DNA from: Breznakia sp. PF5-3
GTDB lineage: Bacteria; Bacillota_I; Bacilli_A; Erysipelotrichales; Erysipelotrichaceae
Assembly: GCF_029504745.1 (NCBI RefSeq)
Contig: NZ_JAQFIQ010000004.1
Span: 1-32,000 of the forward strand
Reading direction: 5' to 3'
Length of the DNA: 32,000 nucleotides
Part shown: in pieces, positions 31,925-32,000 of the stretch
How the letters are laid out: each line of letters begins with the position of its first letter
How positions within the stretch are numbered: the first letter of the stretch is position 1
Position numbers and translations under genes: made by a program
The notes under the pieces: generated by a model
What the model saw: the letters and a program-made list of their open reading frames with translations, nothing else
Database searches by the model: none
Told to the model about the DNA's origin: nothing

Positions 31925-32000
31925 CTATATTTTCTGCATATATTCGTGCATGCTTTGGGCAACTAATTTTGCTTGATTAACAGCTTCTACTACTGTTTTT
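31925..32000 (-). CDS. partial CDS (C-terminal 24 codons; gene starts beyond window edge), product unknown
   Basis: The minus frame from 31999 reads KTVVEAVNQAKLVAQSMHEYMQKI with a stop (TAG at 31927-31925). It is open to the window edge. Evidence is weak. Confidence 0.3.
   Translation of the reverse strand, partial: KTVVEAVNQAKLVAQSMHEYMQKI

Overview
This is a low-GC, Bacillota-type chromosomal segment. Taxon and all product calls come from reading the sequence and translations by eye; no searches were run.

Left third: a secreted repeat surface protein, then the conserved housekeeping run eno / secG / rnr / capA-like lipoprotein / smpB / ssrA (tmRNA). After ssrA come two small accessory genes (a 3-TM protein and a membrane-anchored XRE HTH protein). 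These are followed by a ~630-bp ORF-free stretch containing a promoter-to-terminator unit of ~370 nt that I cannot assign to a known RNA class.

Middle (9.7-24.5 kb): an aminotransferase and a large beta-glucoside/cellobiose-type utilisation locus. It holds two BglG/LicT antiterminator + PTS modules with cre boxes and RAT/terminator leaders, a Cof-type HAD phosphatase, three tandem GH1 and one GH4 phospho-beta-glucosidases, and a ChbG/YdjC deacetylase.

Right: a DJ-1/PfpI gene, then a tRNA-Arg(CCG)/tRNA-Arg(CCU) pair split by a 1.7-kb integrase-less insertion flanked by a perfect 19-bp direct repeat of the tRNA 3' end. Beyond it lies a minus-strand set of small detox/efflux-type genes: a MATE+VOC operon with a tandem-hairpin leader, an ABC ATPase remnant, ACT, VOC, HEAT-like and membrane proteins.

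I saw no CRISPR array, rRNA, intact transposase or integrase, or recognisable multi-gene phage-defence operon. The most unusual signals are RNA-level or regulatory (the unclassified leader/sRNA at 9.3-9.7 kb and the MATE leader) and the tRNA-targeted insertion. None of them is proven novel from sequence alone.
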